From: Acutalibacteraceae bacterium
GTDB lineage: Bacteria > Bacillota > Clostridia > Oscillospirales > Acutalibacteraceae
DNA length: 64,000 bases
Direction of reading: 5' to 3'
NCBI GenBank assembly: GCA_045540655.1
Contig: JAZQHP010000032.1
Span: 1,801 to 65,800 of the forward strand
The translations under genes and the position numbers were made by a program. The notes below the pieces were generated by a model, which worked only from the letters and a program-made list of their open reading frames with translations, did no database searches and was not told where the DNA came from. Shown piece after piece: positions 49,559 to 59,878 of the stretch. Every line of letters begins with the position of its first letter. Positions within the stretch are counted from its first letter, which is position 1.

Positions 49559-50449
49559 ATGGCTAAAAATACCATTTTCACCGGCGCAGGCGTGGCGATC
49601 ATCACCCCGATGAACGCTGACGGCAGTGTGAATTACAACGAATATCGTAAGATGATCGACTGGCAGATCGAGCAAGGCACGGATGCCATCATCACCTGCG
49701 GCACCACCGGCGAATCCTCGACGCTCACCGCAGAAGAGCATGTGGAAACCATCAAAATTGCGGTTGAGCAAACGGCAGGTCGCGTGCCTGTCATTGCCGG
49801 CACCGGCTCGAACGATACCGCATTCGGTATCGAGCTGTCCGTGGAGGCGCGTGAACTCGGCGTTGATGCGCTGTTGCTCGTCACTCCCTATTACAACAAG
49901 GCATCGCAACACGGTTTGATCGCGCACTACAACGCAATCGCTGATGCCGCGAAACTGCCGACCATTCTCTACAATGTCCCCTCCCGCACAGGCGTCAACA
50001 TTCAGCCTGCAACCATTGCAAAGCTGTATGAAAACCCGTATATTTGTGCAGTAAAGGAAGCGAGCGGTGATATTTCCCAGGTGGCGAAAATCGCTTCGCT
50101 TTGCGACATTGACATCTATTCCGGAAACGACGATCAGATCGTTCCCTTGCTTTCTCTGGGAGCCAAAGGCGTGATTTCCGTTCTGTCGAACGTTTGCCCC
50201 AAGGAAACCCACGAAATCTGCGCCAACTGGTTTGCCGGCAATATCAAGGAAAGCTGTCGTATGCAACTCGAGCTTCTTGATCTGTGCAACGCCTTGTTCA
50301 TTGATGTGAACCCCATTCCCGTCAAGGAAGCGATGAATCTGATGGGATGGAACGCCGGCGAATGCCGCTTGCCGCTTTGTAATATGCTGGAACCGCAACG
50401 CGAAACGTTGGTCAAGGCCATGCAAAAGCACGGTTTGATTCGCGCGTAA
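49559..50449 (+). CDS. dapA: 4-hydroxy-tetrahydrodipicolinate synthase
   Basis: GTTGESSTLT, YNVPSRTG, catalytic Lys in AVKEASGD. Confidence 0.95.
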   Translation: MAKNTIFTGAGVAIITPMNADGSVNYNEYRKMIDWQIEQGTDAIITCGTTGESSTLTAEEHVETIKIAVEQTAGRVPVIAGTGSNDTAFGIELSVEARELGVDALLLVTPYYNKASQHGLIAHYNAIADAAKLPTILYNVPSRTGVNIQPATIAKLYENPYICAVKEASGDISQVAKIASLCDIDIYSGNDDQIVPLLSLGAKGVISVLSNVCPKETHEICANWFAGNIKESCRMQLELLDLCNALFIDVNPIPVKEAMNLMGWNAGECRLPLCNMLEPQRETLVKAMQKHGLIRA

Positions 50450-50477
50450 ACACCGCACGAAAGGATGTTGAACAACC

Positions 50478-51236
50478 ATGGTCCGTCTGATTGTCAGTGG
50501 ATGCAACGGCAAAATGGGACGTATGATTACGTCCTGCGTCGCCAATCGTTGCGATTGCGAAATCGTAGCAGGCTTTGATCTGAACACCGAAACCTACGCA
50601 GGATACCCTGTGTATGCCAATCCGCAGAACTGCGACGTTCCCGCCGATGCCATCATTGATTTTTCTCATCCGTCCGCACTGGAAGGTGTTCTTGCTTACG
50701 CAAAAGAACACTCGCTGCCTGTAGTGGTTGCCACCACAGGACTGAGCGCCGAGCAGATTGCCGCTGTTCGCAATATGGCCGAACATGTCCCCGTCTTCTT
50801 CAGCGCCAACATGTCACTCGGAATCAGTCTGCTCGCGGAATTGGCCAAGAAAGCCGCCGCTGTGCTCGGCGCAGATTTTGACGTGGAGATTTTGGAAAAG
50901 CACCACAACCAGAAGATCGACGCGCCGTCCGGCACCGCGTTATTGCTTGCCGATTCTCTCCGTGAAGCGTTGCCGTATGACGCAGAGTACGTGTATGACC
51001 GTCATGCCGTCCGACAAAAGCGGGATCAGAAAGAAATCGGATTTTCCAGCATTCGCGGCGGTACTATTGTCGGTGAGCACGATGTGATATTTGCAGGTCG
51101 TGATGAGGTGATCACACTCTCCCATTCTGCCGCTTCAAAAGAAGTGTTTGCCGTCGGATCCATCAACGCCGCCCTTTTCCTGACGACACAGACACCGGGC
51201 TACTACTCCATGAAAGATCTGGTTAATAACGTTTAA
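50478..51236 (+). CDS. dapB: 4-hydroxy-tetrahydrodipicolinate reductase
   Basis: GCNGKMGRM and EKHHNQKIDAPSGTA signature. Confidence 0.93.
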   Translation: MVRLIVSGCNGKMGRMITSCVANRCDCEIVAGFDLNTETYAGYPVYANPQNCDVPADAIIDFSHPSALEGVLAYAKEHSLPVVVATTGLSAEQIAAVRNMAEHVPVFFSANMSLGISLLAELAKKAAAVLGADFDVEILEKHHNQKIDAPSGTALLLADSLREALPYDAEYVYDRHAVRQKRDQKEIGFSSIRGGTIVGEHDVIFAGRDEVITLSHSAASKEVFAVGSINAALFLTTQTPGYYSMKDLVNNV

Positions 51237-51249
51237 TTCTATACAACCA

Positions 51250-51288
51250 AAAAGAGGTTATGCTCCTTGGAGCATAACCTCTTTTTTC
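51250..51288. terminator. Bidirectional terminator between dapB (+) and lysA (-)
   Basis: Stem AAGAGGTTATGCTCC / GGAGCATAACCTCTT flanked by A and T tracts. Confidence 0.88.
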
Positions 51289-51290
51289 GT

Positions 51291-52595
51291 TTAAATATCG
51301 TTACGGATGAGATCCTCATAGGTCTCACCTTTAACAACCACACGGGAGCCGCCATCGTGTACCATGACAACCGCCGGATTCGGCAAACGATTATAATGCG
51401 ATGCCATCGAATAGTTATAAGCACCCGTCGAAAGCATTGCCAGAATGTCGCCCGCTTCACAGGTCGCCAGCATCGTGTCTTCCTGTAAATAATCACTTTC
51501 ACAACAACGTCCCGCAATAGTCACTTTTTGATCCGCAGGAGCATTGACCCGATCGGCGATCACCGCGGTATATGCCGCTTGATAGAGCGAATATCGCGGA
51601 TTATCCGCCATACCGCCGTCAACACTGACAAACGTGCGGACACCGGGAATATGCTTGACGTTACCGACGGTGTAAAGCGTAATACCGGCGGGCGCTACCA
51701 CCGAGCGACCGGGCTCAATGATAATAAACGGCACAGGATACGACAGTCGATCCGCACACAATTTGAGCGTTTTGGAAACAGGACCCATAAACGAAGCACA
51801 AGGGATCGGGTGTTCATCATCGGTATATTTAATACCGAAACCGCCGCCGAGATTGAGTTCACCGAGCGTAATGCCGTATCGATCACGCACCTGTGCCATG
51901 AAATTCATCATCACTTCGGCGGCGTGCTCAAACGGTTCTTCATCAAAGATTTGCGAACCGATATGACAGTGGAATCCTTTAAGAGAAAGCGTATCCAACG
52001 ACAGCGCTGTACCGACCGCTTCCATAGCCATACCATTTTCAAAGGTAAATCCGAACTTACTGTCAATCTGACCCGTTTTCACGAAATCATGCGTATGCGC
52101 GTCGATTCCGGGTGTAATACGCATAAAAACATCTGCGGTTTTACCCAAATCCTTCGCAATCGCCGCCAAACGGTACATTTCTTCCGTGTTATCTACTACA
52201 ACGCGACCAACGTTATACGACAACGCCATCCGCAGTTCGGCGTCGGTCTTGTTGTTGCCGTGGAAATAGATGCGTTCCGCAGGGAACCCTGCCTGCAAGG
52301 CCGTGTACAGTTCACCGCCGGACACCACATCCACCGAACATTGTTCGTCATTGACAATGCGATACATTTCCATAAACGAGCAAGCTTTGCTGGCATACGC
52401 CACCGTACCGCCATTTTCATAATGATCCAGCAACGATTGACGGAACGCGCGCAGCGTCTGACGGATCAGTTGTTCATCCATCACATACAACGGTGTACCG
52501 TAGGTGTGCGCTAAGGACACCGTATCACATCCACCGATGGTCAGGTGCCCTTCCCCATTCACATTCAAGGCGGGAGAAAATTCTTGTACGTTCAT
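51291..52595 (-). CDS. lysA: Diaminopimelate decarboxylase
   Basis: PLP lysine region VAYASKAC, GGGFGI, CESDY. Confidence 0.95.
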   Translation of the reverse strand: MNVQEFSPALNVNGEGHLTIGGCDTVSLAHTYGTPLYVMDEQLIRQTLRAFRQSLLDHYENGGTVAYASKACSFMEMYRIVNDEQCSVDVVSGGELYTALQAGFPAERIYFHGNNKTDAELRMALSYNVGRVVVDNTEEMYRLAAIAKDLGKTADVFMRITPGIDAHTHDFVKTGQIDSKFGFTFENGMAMEAVGTALSLDTLSLKGFHCHIGSQIFDEEPFEHAAEVMMNFMAQVRDRYGITLGELNLGGGFGIKYTDDEHPIPCASFMGPVSKTLKLCADRLSYPVPFIIIEPGRSVVAPAGITLYTVGNVKHIPGVRTFVSVDGGMADNPRYSLYQAAYTAVIADRVNAPADQKVTIAGRCCESDYLQEDTMLATCEAGDILAMLSTGAYNYSMASHYNRLPNPAVVMVHDGGSRVVVKGETYEDLIRNDI

Positions 52596-52604
52596 AATTG
52601 AGTA

Positions 52605-53210
52605 TCACTCCTTTGTATCCGCATCCTCGTCCAGGATCGCTTCCTCGATGATAGCGGTCAGCTCTGCTACGCCTTCGCCGGTCACGGACGAGAACGGAAT
52701 CGTGATCATGCCTTCATAATCCGCCAGTTCCGTTTGCAGCTCTGCTTCACGGCGGATGCGTTCGTTTTTCTTGAGCTTGTCCGCTTTCGTAAATACCGTC
52801 ACAAACGGATAGCCGTTATCGACAAGGAAATCCAGCATCATGTAGTCTTCTTTGGTCGGCTTATGGCGAATATCAATCAACTGGATGACCAATCGAAGAT
52901 CGCGATCATCCGCCAGATAGCCGCCGATCAGGTCGCTCCACTTCTTTTTCTCTGCCTGCGATACCTTGGCGTATCCGTAACCGGGCAGATCGACCAGACG
53001 TAACGGATCCACCCGATAAAAGTTAATCGTCGCAGTTTTGCCGGGAGTGGCGCTGGTCCTGGCGAGTCCTTTGCGGTTTAAAAGACGATTGATCAGCGAA
53101 GATTTGCCGACGTTGGAATGTCCGGAAATGGCAATTTCCGGACTCTCGGACGCAGGCAACTGCGAAACCAATCCGACAGACAGTTCAAATTCTGCATTAT
53201 GAATGTTCAT
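52605..53210 (-). CDS. engB: Ribosome biogenesis GTPase YihA/YsxC (EngB)
   Basis: G1 GHSNVGKSSLIN, G3 DLPGYGYA, G4 TKADK. AAGGAGGAA RBS precedes ATG 53210. Confidence 0.9.
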   Translation of the reverse strand: MNIHNAEFELSVGLVSQLPASESPEIAISGHSNVGKSSLINRLLNRKGLARTSATPGKTATINFYRVDPLRLVDLPGYGYAKVSQAEKKKWSDLIGGYLADDRDLRLVIQLIDIRHKPTKEDYMMLDFLVDNGYPFVTVFTKADKLKKNERIRREAELQTELADYEGMITIPFSSVTGEGVAELTAIIEEAILDEDADTKE

Positions 53211-53246
53211 GCGGGTTTCCTCCTTTAACAAAAGGATATGATCCAA

Positions 53247-55640
53247 TTACACCACAGGATGCGTTGAAGCAGTATCTGTGGTTGCTACAGCGGGAACAAA
53301 CGGCTTTTGCGCAGCAGGACCGCGTGTCAGTGAATAATACAGTACATCTTCCATGGTATGGACGGGAATAACAGTCAGATGCTCCTTAACAACCGTGTCC
53401 ACTTCTTCCAGATCCGATACGTTATCGGCTGGAATTAAAACGGTTTGCATGCCGTTGACATATGCCGCCATCAGCTTTTCTTTCAGGCCACCGATAGGCA
53501 ATACGCGACCGCGAAGTGAGAGTTCTCCCGTCATTGCCACCTTGCCTTTCACGGGGATCCCGGCAAGCGCCGACAAAATAGCCGTAGCCATCGTAATACC
53601 GGCGGACGGTCCGTCCTTCGGCACAGCGCCTTCCGGCGCATGAATATGAATATCCTTGGTGGTATAAAAGTCTGCTTGTAGCGTCCATTCCTTTGTGTGC
53701 GCACGCACATAACTGATCGCAATACGGGCAGATTCCTTCATCACATCACCGAGAGAGCCTGTCAATTCAATTTTGCCGGTACCGGGCAACACCGCTACCT
53801 CAATCGGCAGAAGTTCTCCACCCACCTGCGTCCAGGCAAGACCGTTGACAAGTCCGATTTCATCCGCATGTTTATCGGCATCCTTCTTGTATTTCACAGG
53901 ACCGAGAAACGCCGTCAGATCCTTGGTCGAAATGCTTTCCTCACCCTCGACGATGCGTTTGGCAACCTGACGACATACCTTAGCAATCAAACGCTCCAGC
54001 TGACGCACACCGGCTTCTCTGGTATACCCTTCGATAATAAATCGCAGTTGTTTATCGGTAAAGCGAAGCTGTTTGCCTGTTAACCCATGTTCAGCAAGCT
54101 GCTTCTTCACCAGATGCTTTTTGGCAATCTGCAATTTCTCCTCTTGCGTGTACCCGGGTAATGTCAGCACATCCATACGGTCATACAGCGGTGCGGGAAT
54201 GGTCGATGCATCGTTAGCAGTGGTGATAAACAGCACTTGAGACAAATCAAAAGGCAACTCCACATAGTGATCCACAAAGGCATGGTTTTGTTCGGGATCA
54301 AGCACCTCAAGCAGTGCCGCTGACGGATCGCCGCGGAAATCACTGCCGAGCTTATCGATTTCATCCAACAAAACCAGTGGGTTCGCAGTTTTGGCTTGTT
54401 TGACCGCCGTCATAATCCGTCCCATCATGGCTCCGATGTAGGTTTTTCGGTGTCCTCGGATGTCCGATTCATCCCGCACACCACCTAAGGATACACGAAC
54501 ATATTCTCGTCCGATTGCATGCGCAATTGAACGCGCAATGGATGTTTTGCCGACGCCGGGCGGACCGACAAGGCACAAAATTTGCGCTTGTCTCTTCTCG
54601 GTCAGTTGCCATACTGCCATCAGTTCCAAAATATGATCCTTTACCTTCTGCAAGCCGTAATGATCGCGGTCAAGAATCTTAGCGGCGGCAACAATGTCCG
54701 CCTGCCCCTTCGAAAAGATGCCCCAGGGAAGTTCCAGTACCGTGTCGAGATAATTACGCACCACCGTCGCTTCGTGTGATCCGGAAGGCATTTTGGACAA
54801 TTTATGGACTTCTTTGAGCAAATGCTCCGACGCTTGTTCGCTAAGCACTGCCGAGCGAATCTTTCGACGGTACTCATCCGCTTCTTCCAGCGGGCTCTCT
54901 CCCTCACCGAGTTCTTCGGCAATGGCTTTCATTTGCTCGCGAAGATAATATTCTTTTTGATTTTGCTCAACCTGTTCCTGAACGCGGCTCTGGATCGTTT
55001 GCTCCAACAGCAACACTTCACACTCGCGTTCCATGTAAACCAGCAACAGCTCGGCGCGTTTGGCAACCGAAGACAAGTGCAGAATTTTCTGTTTCTCCTC
55101 CACCGCTAACGGTACGTTAGCGGCAACATAATCTATCAGTTCCCGGATATCATTCATCATCGACGCATGAGCAGGCATGTCTTTGGATACATCCGACGAC
55201 AACCGACAATACGTATTAAAATACGAACGGCATTCCTTCAAATAGGCACGTGCTTCCAAAGCGGAAGGCACCGCCGATTCGGCGCACCGTACAATCTTGG
55301 CGGAATAATGTCCGTCGTGATCCTCCATTTGCAACAGACGCGCCCGATACAAACCGTCTACCATAATCCGCAGTGTATCGCCGCCGGCGCGCAATACCTG
55401 CCGCACCTTGGCAACCACGCCGACAGAGTACAAATGGCGTTGAGACGGATCCTCCTGCGACGGATCGCGCTGGGTAACGAGAAAAATGGTTTGATCCCGT
55501 TGCATCGCTTCTCCGAGAGAAGCAACAGATTTCGGGCGTCCGACATCAAAATGAATCGGATTGCCGGGAAATACGACAAGTCCGCGAAGCGCCAGCAAAG
55601 GCATGGATTCGATGGGATAGTCGTGTTTGCTTTTTATCAT
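53247..55640 (-). CDS. lon: Lon protease (endopeptidase La)
   Basis: LON N-domain, Walker A GPPGVGKTSIA, catalytic Ser in PKDGPSAGITMATA. TAGGAG RBS lies 8 nt before ATG 55640. Confidence 0.95.
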   Translation of the reverse strand: MIKSKHDYPIESMPLLALRGLVVFPGNPIHFDVGRPKSVASLGEAMQRDQTIFLVTQRDPSQEDPSQRHLYSVGVVAKVRQVLRAGGDTLRIMVDGLYRARLLQMEDHDGHYSAKIVRCAESAVPSALEARAYLKECRSYFNTYCRLSSDVSKDMPAHASMMNDIRELIDYVAANVPLAVEEKQKILHLSSVAKRAELLLVYMERECEVLLLEQTIQSRVQEQVEQNQKEYYLREQMKAIAEELGEGESPLEEADEYRRKIRSAVLSEQASEHLLKEVHKLSKMPSGSHEATVVRNYLDTVLELPWGIFSKGQADIVAAAKILDRDHYGLQKVKDHILELMAVWQLTEKRQAQILCLVGPPGVGKTSIARSIAHAIGREYVRVSLGGVRDESDIRGHRKTYIGAMMGRIMTAVKQAKTANPLVLLDEIDKLGSDFRGDPSAALLEVLDPEQNHAFVDHYVELPFDLSQVLFITTANDASTIPAPLYDRMDVLTLPGYTQEEKLQIAKKHLVKKQLAEHGLTGKQLRFTDKQLRFIIEGYTREAGVRQLERLIAKVCRQVAKRIVEGEESISTKDLTAFLGPVKYKKDADKHADEIGLVNGLAWTQVGGELLPIEVAVLPGTGKIELTGSLGDVMKESARIAISYVRAHTKEWTLQADFYTTKDIHIHAPEGAVPKDGPSAGITMATAILSALAGIPVKGKVAMTGELSLRGRVLPIGGLKEKLMAAYVNGMQTVLIPADNVSDLEEVDTVVKEHLTVIPVHTMEDVLYYSLTRGPAAQKPFVPAVATTDTASTHPVV

Positions 55641-55663
55641 ACTTAAAACTCCTATGCTCAAAT

Positions 55664-55707
55664 ATCAAAACAAGTCAGACAGCGTTTACAAAGAAATGCT
55701 GTCTGAC
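55664..55707 (-). terminator. Intercistronic hairpin/terminator between clpX and lon
   Basis: On the - strand: GTCAGACAGC, 14-nt loop, GCTGTCTGAC, then TTGTTTTG. Confidence 0.6.
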
Positions 55708-55728
55708 CCCGTTTTGATAACCAAACAA

Positions 55729-57033
55729 TTACGCTGTGACCTTTTTCTTTTGAGGGCGCGGTTTATTCGTAGCATTCATCCGCGACGGTTTGCGTTCAGG
55801 ATTGAATGTCAACTGCGGCTCAGCGCCGTCCTCCACAACCTCTTTCGTAATCACAATCTTTTCAATCGTGTGATCCGACGGCACAGAAAACATAAACTTC
55901 GTCAGCAATGTTTCCATGATCGTGCGAAGACCGCGAGCACCGGTATTGAGCTCGATCGTCTTTTTAGCAATCGCTTGCAAAGCATCAGGGGTAAACTCCA
56001 GTTTTACACCGTCAAGCTCAAACAAGCGCACATATTGCTTGAGCAATGCGTTCTTGGGCTCCGCCAAAATCTTGACGAGAGCTTCGCAATCAAGCGCTTG
56101 GAGCGCCGTCACGATCGGCATACGTCCTACGAGCTCGGGGATCAGACCGTATTTGATCAGATCCTGCGGAATAACCTGGGCATACAATTCCGTCAGCGCC
56201 ATATCCTTTTTGGATTTCACATCATTGCCGAAGCCAAGAGAGCCCGAAGCAACACGGCGTTCCACAATTTTGTCGATGCCGTCAAAGGCACCGCCCAAAA
56301 TAAACAAAATATTAGAGGTGTCGATCTGAATGAACTCCTGTTGCGGATGCTTACGTCCGCCTCCGGGCGGCACATTCGCCACCGTTCCTTCCACAATTTT
56401 TAAGAGAGCCTGCTGTACACCCTCACCACTGACATCGCGGGTGATCGAAGGATTTTCACTGCGGCGGGCAATTTTATCGATTTCATCGATATAGATAATG
56501 CCGCGCTGGGCTTTTTGTACATTGCCGCCGGACGCCTGGATCAGGCGCAGAAGAATATTCTCGACATCCTCACCGACGTATCCTGCTTCGGTCAAGGTTG
56601 TTGCGTCTGTAATGGCAAACGGCACATCCAGAAGCTTGGCAAGTGTTTGCGCCAGCGCCGTCTTACCGACGCCCGTCGGTCCGAGAAGCAGGACATTCGA
56701 TTTTCCGAACTCCATATCCGCTTCTTTGCCGAAATAGATGCGCTTATAGTGATTGTAAACAGCAACCGACAACGCGATTTTGGCTTGATCCTGCCCGATC
56801 ACGTATTCATCAAGACCCTTCTTGATATCACGCGGTGTCGGCAGATACGGCGGCATATCATCCGCTTTATCACGTTGCTTGTTACGCGCGGAAACCTGTT
56901 CCGCTTCCAGAATCTGGTCGCAAAGCTCGACGCATTCATTGCAGATAAACACGCCGGGACCGGCAATCAACTGAACCACTTCATCTTGCGTTTTACCGCA
57001 AAATGAGCAAATGACATCGTCATTTTTAGGCAT
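55729..57033 (-). CDS. clpX: ATP-dependent Clp protease ATP-binding subunit ClpX
   Basis: Zinc module CSFCG...CNEC, Walker [20 protein letters not shown]. Confidence 0.97.
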   Translation of the reverse strand: MPKNDDVICSFCGKTQDEVVQLIAGPGVFICNECVELCDQILEAEQVSARNKQRDKADDMPPYLPTPRDIKKGLDEYVIGQDQAKIALSVAVYNHYKRIYFGKEADMEFGKSNVLLLGPTGVGKTALAQTLAKLLDVPFAITDATTLTEAGYVGEDVENILLRLIQASGGNVQKAQRGIIYIDEIDKIARRSENPSITRDVSGEGVQQALLKIVEGTVANVPPGGGRKHPQQEFIQIDTSNILFILGGAFDGIDKIVERRVASGSLGFGNDVKSKKDMALTELYAQVIPQDLIKYGLIPELVGRMPIVTALQALDCEALVKILAEPKNALLKQYVRLFELDGVKLEFTPDALQAIAKKTIELNTGARGLRTIMETLLTKFMFSVPSDHTIEKIVITKEVVEDGAEPQLTFNPERKPSRMNATNKPRPQKKKVTA

Positions 57034-57078
57034 AGCTTATGGTACCTCGTTTCCGAAATAATCAAGAGACAAGCCGTC

Positions 57079-57666
57079 TTACGCGCGCTTGGAAATAACC
57101 TTGTCTACAATGCCGTATTGCATGGCCTGTTCCGCAGACATGTAGTTATCGCGCTCGGTGTCGGCTTCAATGGTCGCCAAAGGCTGACCGGTCATCTCAG
57201 ACAGCATCTGATTCATACGTCCGCGGATGTACAGAATGTGATCCGCATGAATCTTAATGTCCGAAGCCTGTCCCTGCGTGCCGCCGAGAGGCTGGTGAAT
57301 CATGATTTCGCTGTTGGGCAACGCATAACGTTTGCCTTTGGCGCCCGCCGCCAGCAAGAACGCACCCATGCTCGCCGCCATGCCGATGCAGGTGGTGGAA
57401 ACATCACATTTGATAAATTGCATGGTATCGTAAATCGCCATGCCGGACGTCACCGATCCACCGGGGCTGTTGATATACAGATGAATATCTTTATCGGGAT
57501 CCTGACCTTCCAGATACAACAGCTGAGCAACGATCAGCGATGCAGTCGTATCGTTCACCTGATCCGACAGCAACACGATGCGGTCGTTGAGCAGACGGGA
57601 AAAAATGTCATAGGAACGCTCGCCGTGACCGGTTTGTTCCACAACATACGGCACAAAATTACTCAT
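57079..57666 (-). CDS. clpP: ATP-dependent Clp protease proteolytic subunit
   Basis: Catalytic Ser [11 protein letters not shown], His MIHQP, Asp RDNYMSA. ATG 57678 is an alternative start. Confidence 0.96.
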   Translation of the reverse strand: MSNFVPYVVEQTGHGERSYDIFSRLLNDRIVLLSDQVNDTTASLIVAQLLYLEGQDPDKDIHLYINSPGGSVTSGMAIYDTMQFIKCDVSTTCIGMAASMGAFLLAAGAKGKRYALPNSEIMIHQPLGGTQGQASDIKIHADHILYIRGRMNQMLSEMTGQPLATIEADTERDNYMSAEQAMQYGIVDKVISKRA

Positions 57667-57731
57667 AAAAACATCCATCCTTCCTTGTATGGTAGTAAGT
57701 ATATGCAGAATTCAAAGAAATAATCGATCGA

Positions 57732-59015
57732 TTACGCCGTAACAACCGCGGTCTCCTTGATGAGGTTGAGCGCCTTCTCAACAGCCAGATCGCGAGCGAG
57801 ATCTTCTTCGGGGATGAAGTTCTTGACCTTCTCGACATCCATGTTGTACATTTCAGCAAATTTCTTGTATTCCGCTTCGATCTCTTCCGCCGTGGGAGCG
57901 ATCTGCTCGGCTTTCACAACCGCTTCCAGCGCAAGGCGAACCTTCACCTGACGCTCCGCTTGCTCACGGAAGCCTTCTTCAAAGGTTTCCATATCCATGC
58001 CGGTGTACTGCAGATAAGTCTCCAGGTCCAAACCTTGGGACTGAAGTCTGTAAGCAAAGTCGCGCACGTGGTTCTTCATCTGGTTACGGATCATCGCTTC
58101 GGGGATTTCCGCTTCCATGTTCTCCTGCAGTTTGTCCAGAAGCGCGGTTTCAAACGCGTCTTCCGCCGCTTTTTCGTCCGCCTTGGTCAAACGTTCTTTC
58201 GCGTCCGTCTTCAGCTCGTCAAGCGTATCAAACTCGCTGCAATCCTTCGCAAAATCGTCGTTAAGCTCAGGCAGCTCCTTCACCTTAATCTCGTGCAGCT
58301 TGCACTTGAAGACCGCAGGCTTACCCGCCAGTTCTTCCGCCTGATAATCCTCGGGGAACGTGACATTCACGTCAAACTCTTCGTCAATCGACTTACCGAC
58401 AATTTGCTCCTCAAAGCCGGGGATAAATTGACCCGAACCGAGAACGAGTGAGAATTTCTCCGCTTTGCCGCCGTCAAACGCAACGTCATCCACAAAGCCT
58501 TCGAAATCAAACACCACGGTGTCGCCCATCGCGGCCGCACGATCTTCCACGGACACCATGCGGGAGTTGCGCTCTTGCAGCTTCGCGATCTCGGCATCCA
58601 CATCTTCATCGGTAACTTCCTTGACGGTCTTGGTCGCTTCGAGACCCTTATACTGGCTGACGGTCACTTCAGGCTTCACAGTAATAACCGCTTTGAACAC
58701 CAGGCCTTCTTTGCCGACAGACACAACATCCAGATCGATTTTGTCTTCGACATATTCGTAGCCGGACTCTTTGATCGCCGCGTCGAGCGCCTCGGGATAC
58801 ACGTCGTTCATAGCCTCTTCGTAGAACACGCCTTCGCCGTAGAGCTTCTCCACGATGTGACGGGGCGCCTTACCTTTACGGAAGCCGGGAATGGTCATCT
58901 TGCGGACGTTCTTTTTGTACGCTTTCGCAACAGCAGCTTCAAACTCCTCTGCGGTCACTTCGATTTCCAACTCCACGCGGTTGGTCTCTTTAACAGTGGT
59001 AGATTTCAAGTTCAT
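57732..59015 (-). CDS. tig: Trigger factor
   Basis: Ribosome-binding motif IPGFRKGKAPR, FKBP-type middle domain. AGGAGGA RBS. Confidence 0.95.
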   Translation of the reverse strand: MNLKSTTVKETNRVELEIEVTAEEFEAAVAKAYKKNVRKMTIPGFRKGKAPRHIVEKLYGEGVFYEEAMNDVYPEALDAAIKESGYEYVEDKIDLDVVSVGKEGLVFKAVITVKPEVTVSQYKGLEATKTVKEVTDEDVDAEIAKLQERNSRMVSVEDRAAAMGDTVVFDFEGFVDDVAFDGGKAEKFSLVLGSGQFIPGFEEQIVGKSIDEEFDVNVTFPEDYQAEELAGKPAVFKCKLHEIKVKELPELNDDFAKDCSEFDTLDELKTDAKERLTKADEKAAEDAFETALLDKLQENMEAEIPEAMIRNQMKNHVRDFAYRLQSQGLDLETYLQYTGMDMETFEEGFREQAERQVKVRLALEAVVKAEQIAPTAEEIEAEYKKFAEMYNMDVEKVKNFIPEEDLARDLAVEKALNLIKETAVVTA

Positions 59016-59165
59016 TTTTTGTTCCTCCTAACCTAAATGTGCGCAAAGCAAGCCTTACGCATACACAATAGTAAAGATTATAGCATAAAGAGAATGGTTT
59101 TTCCACCCTTTTTCCAAAAAAACTCTGCGATTTCACAGAATTTTTCAACGAAGTTTGGCTTGTTA

Positions 59166-59858
59166 TCAAGGGATCGCTATCGGACAAAACTGCAAAGCAT
59201 CTCCCGATATCAAACGCATGGACACGCCTTGATAGTTCCCCTGAAACGCTTTTTGAATCGCTCCTTTGCCGTGGATATGCCCGTAATAACAACAATCCAC
59301 GTGAAGTTCCTGCAATGCGGCAAGCATTTCCTCGCAAACAACACCCGCAAATACAGGAGGATAATGTAAGAAAACGATCGGTTTCAGTCCTGCCTGACGA
59401 GCGGCATTAACCGACATTTGCAAGCGACCGATTTCACGCATCAGTATTTTTTTGTCGGCATCCGCTTCCGCATCATAAAACCAGCCGCGTGTACCACAAA
59501 CGGCGCGACCATCCGACAAATCATAACAGTCGTTATGCACAATCGTCAGCGTATCCAGTCCATTTTCGGTTAAAAACCGATCCATTTTACGTCGGGTATC
59601 CCACCAATAATCGTGGTTGCCTTTCAGGAGCAGTTTGCGTCCGGGTAATTCCTGTAAAAAGCGAAAATCCTCCAGTGCCTGCGGCAGGCTCATTCCCCAG
59701 GATATATCCCCCGCAATGACAACCGTATCCTTGTCAGATATGCATTCGAGCCAGTTCGCTTTCAGGCGATCCACATAGCCGCGCCAACCGGGAAAATCAT
59801 CCATAGGCTTATCCGTACCAAAAGAAAGGTGCAGATCAGCTATCGCATACAACGCCAT
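59166..59858 (-). CDS. Calcineurin-like metallophosphoesterase
   Basis: Motifs YAIADLHLS, IAGDISW, GNHDYWW, LHYPP and GHIHG. Confidence 0.8.
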   Translation of the reverse strand: MALYAIADLHLSFGTDKPMDDFPGWRGYVDRLKANWLECISDKDTVVIAGDISWGMSLPQALEDFRFLQELPGRKLLLKGNHDYWWDTRRKMDRFLTENGLDTLTIVHNDCYDLSDGRAVCGTRGWFYDAEADADKKILMREIGRLQMSVNAARQAGLKPIVFLHYPPVFAGVVCEEMLAALQELHVDCCYYGHIHGKGAIQKAFQGNYQGVSMRLISGDALQFCPIAIP

Positions 59859-59878
59859 TCTGCACCCTCCTTTGATTT

